A DNA stretch of 64,000 nt from Macrostomum lignano (taxonomy: Eukaryota). Under the pieces are notes generated by a model. It was given only the letters and a program-made list of their open reading frames with translations. It did not search any database and was not told the DNA's origin. The position numbers were made by a program, and so were the translations under genes. Location of the stretch: positions 363,522-427,521 of the forward strand of contig NIVC01000452.1 in the NCBI GenBank assembly GCA_002269645.1, given 5' to 3'. Numbering within the stretch: position 1 is the stretch's first letter; every line of letters starts with the position of its first letter. Of the stretch, positions 10,745 to 22,890 are shown one piece after another.

Positions 10745-11065
10745 CTTCGCAGCCACTGAGTTCCCCGGGCATATAGCTTCGCAGCCACTGAGTTCCCCGG
10801 TCATACAGCTTCGCAGCCACTGAGTTCCCCGGTCATACAGCTTCGCAGCCACTGAGTAGTTCTTCGGTCATACAGCTTCGCAGCCACTGAGTTCCCCGGT
10901 CATACAGCTTCGCAGCCACTGAGTTTCCCGGTCATACAGCTTCTCAGCCACTGAGTAGTTCTTCGGTCATACAGCTTCGCAGCCACTGAGTTCCCCGGTC
11001 ATACAGCTTCGCAGCCACTGAGTTCCCCGGTCATACAGCTTCGCAGCCACTGAGTTCCCCGGTCA
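10745..11065 (+). repeat. minisatellite, 32-bp unit AGCTTCGCAGCCACTGAGTTCCCCGGTCATAC
   Basis: about 10 copies, including a 34-bp GAGTAGTTCTTCGG variant. Confidence 0.92.
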
Positions 11066-11892
11066 TTGGAATAGAGCTTCTCAGTCATAGAGTCCCCAGT
11101 CATAAGGGATCGTGGAATATTGAATGTTAAACCAGAAGCCAAGCAAACTTCTAGAAAGCTCAATTTCAAATACCAAACGATCAATTGGTTAGCAAAGTGT
11201 ACAATAGAGAAAATATTGATTAACCTCAAACAAAAGAAAGATAAAATCCAGTATTGTAAATCTGTTTACTAAATAAATCTATAGATAAATATTCCTTCAG
11301 TCAAAAGTTGGGGGTGAGACGCGCAAGGTACGCAAGCTCTAGTCAAATATTTGTCCGCTGAAGATCCATGAAGCCAGGAAATCGCCTCAGTAGGAAAGAC
11401 AGCACCCTCTCAGGGCTGTGGTGGAGGAGCACAACAGCAAAATGTAAAAAAGCAGTGATCAATGAGCAGTGCCTCACCTCAAGCAACTCCGCTTTTAGAA
11501 GAAGCATTCTTTAGCCTGTGCTAAAAGCAGCAGCAAAACAACGAATGCGTAGAAGCGCCTGATGGTAAAAAATCTCTTTAGCTGGCTAGCTAGCTGGATG
11601 CCTGCTGTGCAAAGCTGAGATCCCCAGATAGTGCGAGAGGAGATCCCAGAGTTTTAGAAGTGACAAGTCCCTCACCCCCAATACTGTTGGAAAAGTTAGC
11701 CAGGAAAATTGTGGGCCAAATATCTTTGCACACCTGGCAACACGATTGGACTAGCTGCATGGGGCGACAGACTTTGCTCCTGCTGGTAGCTCACACCTCT
11801 GGATTATGGCCTGGGTTCCTGTTTTCACCCAAGCACCGATTCGCAAAAAAGTTTTGAAGGCAGTTGTTATTAACTTAAACGCTACCTTCGTC

Positions 11893-12283
11893 ATAGAGGC
11901 TAGTCCTACACTGGTCATAAAGAGTAGTCCTGCACTGGTCATGGAGAGTAGTCCTGCACTGGTCATGGAGAGAAGTCCTTCAATGGTCATAAAGAGTAGT
12001 CTTACACTGGTCATAAAGAGTAGTCCTACACTGGTCATGGAGAGAAGTCCTTCAATGGTAATGGAGAGTAGTCCTACACTGGTCATGGAGAGAAGTCCTT
12101 CAATGGTCATAGAGAGAAGTCCTTCAATGGTAATGGAGAGTAGTCCTACACTGGTCATGGAGAGAAGTCCTTCAATGGTCATAGAGAGTATAGTCCCTGC
12201 AATGATCATAGAAGTTAGTCCTTCACTGGTCATAGAGAGTAGTCCTACAATGATCATAGAAGCGAGTCCTACACTGGTCATAA
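11893..12283 (+). repeat. minisatellite, 24-bp unit AGAGTAGTCCTACACTGGTCAT(GG/AA)
   Basis: about 16 copies; explains ORFs 11751- and 11806+. Confidence 0.9.
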
Positions 12284-12711
12284 AGGTTATTAATAAAACA
12301 AATATACAGCTTTAGACTGTCCATAAATATACGCTCGTAGTACTCATCATATAATCTATTAAAACCATATGCGAGAATGCTTCAAAAGCAGTCTACCCTT
12401 TTGCTTACAATTAAATGAAAGAAACCACTTCAAAAATACTAGAATTTGAAGTAGCGATTCTCCCCTGCCAGCTCATAAAATTCATATCGATCTTTGATGC
12501 GCTTAGACTCTTAAAATGAGTTGATCACGTGATCTAGTCCTTTGTGGTCGGAGAGTTTCGGTGGAGAACCGTTTATAAACTTTCGAAAGACATTTTATTG
12601 GTCAGATCATAAGGAGTTTTGGCTAAGTTTTACGGCAGTGCCACAGGATTCTATTATAGTTTGGCTAGTCCAAAAGTATAAGTATTACACACCTGCTTAC
12701 ATCTTCTCATT

Positions 12712-14835
12712 GGGTTCCCCGGTCACTGGATTCCCCGTCATTGAATTCCCCAGTCATTGGATTCCCCAGTCATTGGATTCCCCAGTCATTGTATTCCCCA
12801 GTCATTGGATTCCCCAGTCATTGGATTCCCCAGTCATTGGATTCCCCAGTCATTGGATTCCCAAGTCATTGGATTCCCAAGTCATTGTATTCCCCAGTCA
12901 TTCGGTTCCCCGGTCACTGGATTCCCCGTCATTGGATTCCCCGTCATTGAATTCCCCAGTCATTGGATTCCCAAGTCATTGGATTCCCCAGTCATTGGAT
13001 TCCCAAGTCATTGTATTCCCCAGTCATTGTATTCCCCAGTCATTGGGTTCCCCGGTCACTGGATTCCCCGTCATTGGATTCCCCGTCATTGAATTCCCCA
13101 GTCATTGGATTCCCAGTCATTGGATTCCCCAGTCATTGGATTCCCAAGTCATTGTATTCCCCAGTCATTCGGTTCCCCGGTCACTGGATTCCCCGTCATT
13201 GGATTCCCCGTCATTGAATTCCCCAGTCATTGGATTCCCAGTCATTGGATTCCCCAGTCATTGGGTTCCCCGGTCGTTGGATTCCCCAGTCATTGGGTTC
13301 CCAGTCATTGGATTCCCCAGTCATTGGGTTCCCCGGTCGTTGGATTCCCCAGTCATTGTATTCCCCAGTCATTGGATTCCCCAGTCATTGGATTCCCCAG
13401 TCATTGGATTCCCCAGTCATTGTATTCCCCAGTCATTCGGTTCCCCGGTCACTGGATTCCCCGTCATTGGATTCCCCGTCATTGAATTCCCCAGTCATTG
13501 GATTCCCAAGTCATTGGATTCCCCAGTCATTGGATTCCCAAGTCATTGTATTCCCCAGTCATTGTATTCCCCAGTCATTGGGTTCCCCGGTCACTGGATT
13601 CCCCGTCATTGGATTCCCCGTCATTGAATTCCCCAGTCATTGGATTCCCAGTCATTGGATTCCCCAGTCATTGGATTCCCAGTCATTGGATTCCCCAGTC
13701 ATTCGGTTCCCCGGTCACTGGATTCCCCGTCATTGGATTCCCCGTCATTGAATTCCCCAGTCATTGGATTCCCCGTCATTGAATTCCCCAGTCATTGGAT
13801 TCCCAAGTCATTGTATTCCCCAGTCATTCGGTTCCCCGGTCACTGGATTCCCCGTCATTGGATTCCCCGTCATTGAATTCCCCAGTCATTGGATTCCCAG
13901 TCATTGGATTCCCCAGTCATTGGGTTCCCCGGTCGTTGGATTCCCCAGTCATTGGGTTCCCAGTCATTGGATTCCCCAGTCATTGGATTCCCCGTCATTG
14001 GATTCCCCGTCATTGAATTCCCCAGTCATTGGATTCCCAAGTCATTGGATTCCCCAGTCATTGGATTCCCAAGTCATTGTATTCCCCAGTCATTGTATTC
14101 CCCAGTCATTGGGTTCCCCGGTCACTGGATTCCCCGTCATTGGATTCCCCGTCATTGAATTCCCCAGTCATTGGATTCCCAGTCATTGGATTCCCCAGTC
14201 ATTGGATTCCCAAGTCATTGTATTCCCCAGTCATTCGGTTCCCCGGTCACTGGATTCCCCGTCATTGGATTCCCCGTCATTGAATTCCCCAGTCATTGGA
14301 TTCCCAGTCATTGGATTCCCCAGTCATTGGGTTCCCCGGTCGTTGGATTCCCCAGTCATTGGGTTCCCAGTCATTGGATTCCCCAGTCATTGGATTCCCC
14401 AGTCATTGGATTCCCCAGTCATTGGGTTCCCCGGTCGTTGGATTCCCAAGTCATTGGATTCCCAAGTCATTGGATTCCCAAGTCATTGGATTCCCAAGTC
14501 ATTGGATTCCTCAGTCATTGGATTCCCAGTCATTGGAGTCCTCAGTCATTGGATTCCCAAGTCATTGGATTCCCAAGTCATTGGATTCCCAAGTCATTGG
14601 ATTCCCAAGTCATTGGATTCCTCAGTCATTGGATTCCCAGTCATTGGAGTCCTCAGTCATTGGATTCCCAAGTCATTGGATTCCCAAGTCATTGGATTCC
14701 CCAGTCATTGGATTCCCAGTCATTGGATTCCCAGTCATTGGATTCCCGGTCGTTGGATTCCCAAGTCATTGGATTCCCAAGTCATCGGATTCCCCAGTCA
14801 TCGGATTCCCCAGTCATTGGGTTCCCCGGTCGTTG
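12712..14835 (+). repeat. large minisatellite, 15-16-bp unit CATTGGATTCCCCAGT with higher-order blocks
   Basis: more than 100 units; recurring block GGGTTCCCCGGTCACTGGATTCCCCGTCATTGGATTCCCCGTCATTGAATTCCCC. Confidence 0.97.
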
Positions 14836-15480
14836 GGTTCCCCGGTTCCTTAGTCGTTGGGTGGTTCCCTGTGGTCATAGATTCCTGATCATGGAATTCC
14901 TGCTCATAGAAAATGTCTCTTCTCTTTCAGTTAACCCGAAGTTCATTTGTGGGTTTCTATTTCTGATCATAGAGATTCTGTTCACGAAGGTCACCAAGCT
15001 CAAGTCCTTGGATAGTGGAACTGGAATGTCGCAGAGAGGACACACAAGCACACCAAGTATCTCTGCTGGCGTTCACGCAAATCCAGTTATTTAATCACTT
15101 TTTTAATCAAATGAAATAAAGATTGGGTTCAACCTGATGATAGGGCAGGGGGAATGAGATTAGCAGCCGTCAGCGATCCCCAAATCAGAACTCAACTCAA
15201 ACTCGCATAGCTAGAGACCCCGGCCGGGGCGCAGACAGGTCGCATCCTGCCTTGAGAGGGGACAGATCGGTCCAAATTAATTAACCAAAACTGAATGGTC
15301 AGAGGGGTGGAGGCTGAGGCTGGCGGACTCTGCAATGAGATCTATGAGCTCTGGAGAGTTCTGCAGAGACAGATAAACGAATATTAAACAACAGGGTATC
15401 AAAGTTATAGCACTGAAGACTCATTCTGAACTTGAATCAATTTCAAACAACTAAAAGAAGCGCGAAGGTTGAGGTTGAGA

Positions 15481-15580
15481 TGGGGTAGAGGTGTGCTGAG
15501 ATAGATATGGGGTAGAGGTGTGCTGAGATAGATATGGGGTAGAGCTGTGCTGAGCTAGATATGGGGTAGAGCTGTGCTGA
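15481..15580 (-). repeat. inverted short copy (3.7 units) of the 27-bp minisatellite at 16442-17480
   Basis: TGGGGTAGAGGTGTGCTGAGATAGATA is the reverse complement of the 27-bp unit. Confidence 0.92.
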
Positions 15581-16441
15581 TCGAGACAGATGTATAGACG
15601 GGCAGAGGTGTGACACGAAATTCCGAGAGACGAGTGAGTCAACTGCTCCAGATTCCAGACAGCCGTCTCAGATGCCCCATGCGGCCTCATCGCAGAGTCC
15701 GGCTTGAGTTTCCCTGTGTGTGCACAAGATATCATCAATACGTGACGAACGAATAGCCTAACTTTCCTGATATCAGTTTGCAAGCTGGAGTGGAAAATGT
15801 GGTGAGGGGGATTTGGCTGGCAAACACTTTATGGCTTTGGTCGAAATTGCCTCGGACTGCTTGCAGCTTAAAGAGAGAGAGGCGGAGGGATGCGCTAGCC
15901 AGAGTGCAAAGGGGAAGAGAGTGGAAGAATGGGGAGTTAGCGCGTCAAAAAGTTCAAAAATCTGTCTGTCTATCGATTAATTCTGAACTGGAAAGTCCTT
16001 CTGCAATTTTACTCGTAAAAACAAAAGTAGATTTTATAAGATCTTAAATCGGCCTTCAAAACATTAGGTTATAAAGTTGTTTAAATAAAAAACCAGTCAA
16101 TATAGCCTAGCCTACGTTCTTGACCAGATATCATGGTAAAAAATTCTTCCATATTCCGGCGATAGTTTTCGGTTTCCACTTTCAGCCAGAACGTCTTTGC
16201 AATACGCAGTCAGCTACTGTTCAATGTTTTTACACGTGCTGCCCTGATGGATGCAGAGGTGGGAGTGAGCCCAGAATCCGCGCTTCATTCGGCAGTGACT
16301 GACAGCCGCTGTAGTTCGGGAAAGGCAGAGGGGTGCAGGAATCTTTGGGATTCCCGTCAGGCAGTTTTTTACCTTGCCTTTGCCTCCATCTTCATTTTTT
16401 GTGCAGAGAAACTTGGTAAAAATACTGCGCTGTTGTAAATT

Positions 16442-17480
16442 CTCTACCCCATATCTATCTCAGCACACCTCTACCCCATATCTATCTCAGCACACCTCTA
16501 CCCCATATCTATCTCAGCACAGCTCTACCCCATATCTATCTCAGCACAGCTCTACCCCATATCTATCTCAGCACACCTCTACCCCATATCTATCTCAGCA
16601 CACCTCTACCCCATATCTATCTCAGCACACCTCTACCCCATATCTATCTCAGCACACCTCTACCCCATATCTAGCTCAGCACACCTCTACCCCATATCTA
16701 TCTCAGCACACCTCTACCCCATATCTATCTCAGCACACCTCTACCCCATATCTAGCTCAGCACACCTCTACCCCATATCTAGCTCAGCACACCTCTACCC
16801 CATATCTATCTCAGCACACCTCTACCCCATATCTATCTCAGCACACCTCTACCCCATATCTATCTCAGCACACCTCTACCCCATATCTATCTCAGCACAG
16901 CTCTACCCCATATCTATCTCAGCACAGCTCTACCCCATATCTATCTCAGCACACCTCTACCCCATATCTAGCTCAGCACACCTCTACCCCATATCTATCT
17001 CAGCACACCTCTACCCCATATCTACCTCAGCACACCTCTACCCCATATCTATCTCAGCACACCTCTACCCCATATCTATCTCAGCACAGCTCTACCCCAT
17101 ATCTAGCTCACCACACCTCTACCCCATATCTATCTCAGTACAACTCTACCCCATATCTATCTCAGCACACCTCTACCACATATTTATCTCAGCACACCTC
17201 TACCCCATATCTATCTCAGCAGCACAGCTCTACCCCATATCTATCTCAGCACACCTCTACCCCATATCTATCTCAGCACACCTCTACCCCATATCTATCT
17301 CAGTACAACTCTACCCCATATCTATCTCAGCACAGCTCTACCCCATATCTATTTCAGTACAACTCTACCCCATATATATCTCAGCAAACCTCTACCACAT
17401 ATCTATCTCAGCACACCTCTACCACATATCTATCTCAGCACACTTCTACCACATATTTATCTCAGCACACCTCTACACCA
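16442..17480 (+). repeat. minisatellite, 27-bp unit CTCTACCCCATATCTATCTCAGCACAC
   Basis: about 38 copies; explains ORF 16374+ (STPYLSQHT repeats). Confidence 0.97.
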
Positions 17481-18174
17481 TAGACTAAGAGCTTGGCAAG
17501 TTTCTAGTTCGCAGCACTGCATTGGATCAGGAAACAGGCCATAATTTCTCACGGACAGCAGTTAATTAGCAAAGTACAGAAAAGCAGGTGTCAGTGTGGC
17601 ATCAGCGCCAATATATCTCCATGAATCTCCATAAGTTGACAGTCGGACCTGACAATGAGGATATTTCATCTTACTCAGCAGACTCAAAGCCCTATTAGCC
17701 AATAATTGCCACCCCAAGGGAATCCCGTCAGCAGAAAACACAGCCTTCCTAAGACAGATAGCACGAGTCCCACTAACGGAGAGGAAATATAAATGCAATA
17801 TTCAGTCGGAGTGAAGTGGCGAAGTAAATGAGCAGAGAATCGAGACGTGACAGCAACGCTTCTTGAGAGGTTTGGAGCAGCCGCATGGGCCTGCTTAGGC
17901 AAACACAAGAGAGCAGCCAAAGTAGCTTATTTGCTGAACAAGAAGGCCTTTAGATATGAATAAGAATAATTTAAAGTGTTCTTTTTGCATTGGGAATAGC
18001 AACTGACTTATCTGGCTGACAATTACGGCTGGGCAGATGGGGGCGATTGACTGATAACTAATCGTTATGTTTGTCATAGTACGAGCGAATGTTATCGATT
18101 GAGATAATTTGCAGACAGACGGTTTAAGTCGAGCATTAAGTTTAGTCAAGTAGGAGACTAAAAGTTACCTGCAG

Positions 18175-18924
18175 CGATGCATTTGGCTCGTAGGGGCTAC
18201 AAAAGGGGGGGGGGGTTGAACCGTTGGCAAAGACTGCTGTTTTCAAGCCGTTCGTGCATCTGCAATGGTTTCCAGCCCATAGGAGCAGCAATCTTCCAAG
18301 CAAGCTTCATCGGGTCTGCAAAGCGACCGAATGATAGCCTGCGTATCGGATTCTAACCATTAATTAGGCTTGAATGCCAGCCGGGAGCATCACTGGTATC
18401 TAAGATTGCAGGATGCGCTTGGCACAGCGGACCCCAACCCTGCGAGTTACATGTGGATGCATTTTGTCGGGGGGAGGCAAATATATCCCGCTGTTACTTT
18501 CGGTAACTATGCCGCACCGTGAACTTTATTCAGGTCTTGTATAGTTTTGTGGTGTCGCAAACTGAAAGCTTTGGTAATCGAGAAAAGTTCTTCAAAAAAA
18601 TCTGACCCTGGACAACTGAAGTAGAAGCACGCTACGCTTGATTTTCATAGAAGTTCTCTAGAACGACCTGATTTTTCTAGCGCAGAATTTCTTGATGGCG
18701 AAACCGCATGACTCGTGTGCCTTCTGTCTAGAGCAGACTAAATGCACCAGCGATACTACAGATATTACCGGCCTCCATCTCGGTTCTAAGAAACCTGAGT
18801 GTAGCGTCCTTGTACTCCAGTCCTGTACGGGCGTCAAATGTAGGGCGAGTGGTTTTCAACAAGAACATCCTTGAAGATCCAGTAACAACAGTAGCTATGG
18901 GTGAAATGTGGGGCCAGCCGGTAG
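18175..18924 (-). CDS. probable exons of an unidentified multi-exon gene with ~40-nt introns
   Basis: phase-consistent GT-AG pairs: 18924-18769 / 41-nt intron / 18727-18668, and 18439-18358 / 42-nt intron / 18315 onward (GWGPLCQAHPAILDTSDAPGWHSSLINDPMKLAWKIAAPMGWKPLQMHERLE); no family recognised and the connecting exon is unresolved. Confidence 0.35.
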
Positions 18925-19104
18925 CTATTGAGACACGTAAAGCAGTTTCAAAGAATAAAATTGCCGCTACATATCATTTTGCTTAGTAAATTTAATACTG
19001 TTAGTAGTAAAAACAAAAATAATAAAACAGGACGCCGTTAAACAACTTTGCAGGCCGCACATCAGCATCTGCTAAATTAGACTTGAAGAAGTGCCCAACA
19101 CGAC

Positions 19105-20193
19105 ATGAACTGTACAGCCAAGGAGACCGACCCTCTGGAAGTGGCTCTGCTGGTTGTCACTCCGGTGCTGGTGGTACTGGGCGTGGCCGCTAACTCCATC
19201 AATATAGTCGTGCTCACCAGGAAGTGGATGGCTTCATCAACTAACAACTATCTGACAGCTCTGGCCGTGACGGATCTGACTTACCTGTCAGTGTTCTACA
19301 TCATCACCGTGAAGTTCTATCCAGGCGTGCTCTACAATCAGTGGTTCGCTCACATCTTGAGCTACTTGTTTCCACTGGCCAACCTGCTTAGCAACTACGC
19401 CACCTGGCTTACCTGCCTGTTCACATTCGAACGCTGGCTGGTGATCTACAAGCCAATGCTGGGCAGAAAGTATTGCACTCGGCGCCGAGCCAAGCACCTG
19501 ATGCTTGGCCTGTTTCTGGCTACCAGCCTGTTCACGTCGCCGAACTTTTTCGAGTATCGCGCAGTGCCTAAGGAGCTGCGCTGCGGCAACGCCACGCAGA
19601 CTGTCTATGGCCTGGGCCCGACGGACGCGTACAGTGTGATCAAGCGTCTCGGCTATTACCACGTCTTTGTGAGCATCTTCGTGTTCGGCCCGCTCCTATT
19701 TCTGGTGGTGTTCAATGGACTGCTAATACGCAGCGTTGTTGTAGCCCGACGCAAGCGAGCCGCTCTAGGCAGCAGCGAGGGGGCCACCTGCTCGAACAGC
19801 CTGTCTAACAAGCGGTCGGCTGCCGAGCAGCAGAAGGTGACAACTATGCTTATTGCCGTGGTTCTGGTCTTCTGTCTGTGCCAGCTGCCGTCCGCCATCA
19901 TGACGCTCAAGAAGGCAATGCAACGATCCGACGACCGTAAGAAAAGCCGCGGTACCGCGGAGAGAGTCGCCAACGCGCTCGTCAACATCCTTCTGCTGGC
20001 CAATGCCGCTTGTAACTTTGTTCTGTACTCGTGCTTCTCAACGAGGTTTCGCAACACTTTCCGACAGGTGTTTCTGGGATGCAGGAACTCGGGACCCAGT
20101 GGCCGCAGCGGCGGAGGCGGAGGCCAGGGACGTCGCAGACGCGGAAGAGCTTCAGCAGTTGAGGTCGGCGGCGCCAACTGGAAAGGGCAATGA
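19105..20193 (+). CDS. class A (rhodopsin-like) peptide GPCR, FMRFamide-receptor-like, intronless, 362 aa
   Basis: 7 hydrophobic segments; N-glycosylation sequon NCT; TM1 GVAANSINIVVL, TM2 YLTALAVTDL, TM3 FTFERW, TM6 VFCLCQLP, TM7 NAACNFVLY plus helix 8 STRFRNTF. Confidence 0.95.
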   Translation: MNCTAKETDPLEVALLVVTPVLVVLGVAANSINIVVLTRKWMASSTNNYLTALAVTDLTYLSVFYIITVKFYPGVLYNQWFAHILSYLFPLANLLSNYATWLTCLFTFERWLVIYKPMLGRKYCTRRRAKHLMLGLFLATSLFTSPNFFEYRAVPKELRCGNATQTVYGLGPTDAYSVIKRLGYYHVFVSIFVFGPLLFLVVFNGLLIRSVVVARRKRAALGSSEGATCSNSLSNKRSAAEQQKVTTMLIAVVLVFCLCQLPSAIMTLKKAMQRSDDRKKSRGTAERVANALVNILLLANAACNFVLYSCFSTRFRNTFRQVFLGCRNSGPSGRSGGGGGQGRRRRGRASAVEVGGANWKGQ

Positions 20194-20650
20194 TGGTCGT
20201 GAGTTCGATTCCTATCGACACGGACGACAACAAGCAAAGGAATTGTCGGCTGCATTCGACTAAAGTAAATATTCAAGCGCACAGTCACCACCTGCTGATA
20301 GAGCTCTTCTGAGAAAATTCATACTGTCTTCACCCGATCCCAGCTGGACATTTCCATGACTGCATGCACGATTTCCACATTATCAAAACTTTTTGTTCTT
20401 CTTCATTTTCAAAAAGTTTTGCTGTAAATACGGTAGATATCCGAAAAAAATCAATTAGCTCATCTTCAATAGGTCAGTTAATTACCGCTCTGCTATTTAC
20501 ATGCACTACTGACGTACTGTAGCTCGCTGTTACACAAATTTACATTTTTAGTTAGCCTGCTAGTCTATGCGGTACTGAAACGACCCTCTCTGATAATGTC
20601 TATGGCTAAAAGATCACATATTTATTAGTACGAGGCCAGTGGGCACGAAA

Positions 20651-20979
20651 CCCGCATAGCAAAATTACGTATCCAATAGAAAGTGGGACGTCTCCAATAC
20701 GTAACTTTTTTGGTTGCAGGAACGTCCTTGATACGTATCCAATTTTTATGATCCTCTAATGATCCTCTAAAGAAGCTCGTTTCTACAAAAATGGCGGAAT
20801 AAATAATCAATAAAATTACAAACATTATCTGTTCACCATTTTTGTAGAAACGAGCTTCTTTAGAGGATCATTAGAGGATCATAAAAATTGGATACGTATC
20901 AAGAACGTTCCTGCAACCAAAAAAGTTACGTATCGGAGACGTCCCACTTTCTATTGGATACGTAATTTTGCTATGCGGG
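20651..20979. mobile_element. palindromic MITE (CCCGCATAGC..GCTATGCGGG), possibly CMC/EnSpm-like
   Basis: 20651-20794 is a near-perfect reverse complement of 20836-20979; 41-bp spacer; AAA on both flanks. Confidence 0.88.
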
Positions 20980-22811
20980 AAATGCGTTTCACACCTGCCA
21001 AGGACTGTCTGTAGTAAATCCTCACAGGGTGTTGTGCCAACCCGTGAAGTTCTATAAAGAGCATCATACCTTGGCCATGGAGAAAAGAATGACCTTGGCT
21101 AACTACAACACTACTGTTTAATAGGCAATTCTGTCCGCCTTCGTCCGTCACGATTGCCCGATTATGTTGTCTAGGGTTTTATTTACAGGCCAGCTAGCTA
21201 AAATACAAACATTAATTGCAAGTTTGGATATATTGGACATGGTTTGGATGTTCAATATTTCAGGTTTGCTTGTCTAATTTATGTGTAAAGTTTCTAAATC
21301 AGAAATTCGAGTGTTGTCTATGGCCCCAGGCTATATAAAATTTCAACTTTGGATGCACAATATACGAGTATTTAAGCATGACAGAAGTTCGATCTTTAAT
21401 TAAGAAGCCCAAATTTCTTTGCTTACAATAATTAATTGGTATATCTCATAGATCTTATATTCCAGCTATATATTTATGATCTTTGGTATAGCTTAATCTT
21501 TAGAATCTGCAAAATTAGTCTTGTTTGAAAAAGCAAATTACTTAAAAATCGAACTACAATTCTACACAGAGAGTTGCCTATCACATATATTTTTGTTGTC
21601 GAATTCGTGAATGATTCGAAACCTTAAAAATATAATTTATTATAATTATATTATAACAGGCCCTGTCGAGAAAAGGCCATTTATATTTTCCTTTGCTCCA
21701 ACCCAAACGATGAGCATCAAGTTTTTTAAATTTATTGCTAGCTAAACGGTTATCGGCAAACGGACCGCGATGCATGGCTGTAGCTGGAACTTTAAAACTC
21801 TTAGTCTCCCTAGATCCCCACATGTTACATCATGTCGTATATAGGGCAATAATTAATACATTGCACATGTTTACCGTTACTAGGTAATGCAAAGTTTTCT
21901 ATATATGAAGTTTAAGAATTTCAATTATTGCTGTTTTTGTGAGCAAAACTAAACAGCTTGCTGCTGTGTACACACAATTTACATATACAGTAATTTAATC
22001 TGCGATTGAGGAGCTAGGTTTGATCGATAATTTTTGCGAGTATATGTATTGGTCTTCAACCCTCCTGTAGGAGTCTATTGGATCATAACCAATATATAGC
22101 TGCTTATTGATCAGCTTGATTAACTAGCTAATACGAGTAGTACAATCTGCGTGCAGCTGGGTAAGGACAATACATGTGGGAAGTCGTCTGTTTGTAAAAA
22201 TTAAAAACTGTAAAAATAAAAAGTTTCGCAAAGTGCACTGCCTTCGATTACATAATATCCTTATATCCTAGTAGATTTAACTGATACCAGCTGCTAAAGC
22301 TTTTTAAGAGTGCTCAGGGACCAGTTTAGCCACTGCCATGCCACTAGCCATCAGAGGCTCGAGAACAGGATATTACGGGCATTGAACAAAGTAAGATTAA
22401 CAAAATAATAGCTTAGAAGGGTTACTTCGCTTGTTTCAGAGATACTGCTTACTTCAGTTTTCTAAAATAAAAGTTTTCAAAATAGAAAATAACTATTTAT
22501 TACTGCATATTTTGTTGACCGTGTATGTTTTTTTTTAAGTTTGACATTCTTTCCTTCCTCGCGATCGCTTTTAACTCTAATTTATGCTTTCTTAATAAAA
22601 TTTTGTGAAGTTGTGAATCAGACTGCAGGAAAACTCAAGCTAATATTTATCGAAGAAAACTAACTAGGCCTAGTTCCTGCTTCTGATTAAAGTCCATTAA
22701 TTCTTCCCGAGAAAAACTGGTTTCTGGCTTCAAGTGAAACCGCTGTAGTAGCTAAGCTAACAACAGTAGCTAAATTGCAATTCTGATTTAAAACTGTTGA
22801 AGCTGACTAAA

Positions 22812-22890
22812 ATGGCATATTTAAGTATTTGGTTTAGATTTAGTTTTCTTAGCATCAGTCTAATGCTTCTTTCTACTGATCATGGACATG
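22812..22890 (+). CDS. TGOLN2: exon 1 (signal peptide) of TGN38/TGN46-like protein
   Basis: ATG..MAYLSIWFRFSFLSISLMLLSTDHGH, donor G|GTAAGT; phase 1 matches the acceptor at 27929. Confidence 0.65.

Noticed and set aside
12542-15094. many long ORFs (SPVIGFPSHWIP repeats)
   Set aside because: Open in all three frames because the 15-16-bp unit lacks stops; frame-shifting unit lengths; no unique coding content.
16374-17483. 369-aa STPYLSQHT repeat ORF
   Set aside because: Translation of a 27-bp minisatellite with no credible start, signal peptide or splice context.
19288-20291. antisense ORFs 19288-19662 and 19656-20291
   Set aside because: Shadows of the GC-rich GPCR CDS.
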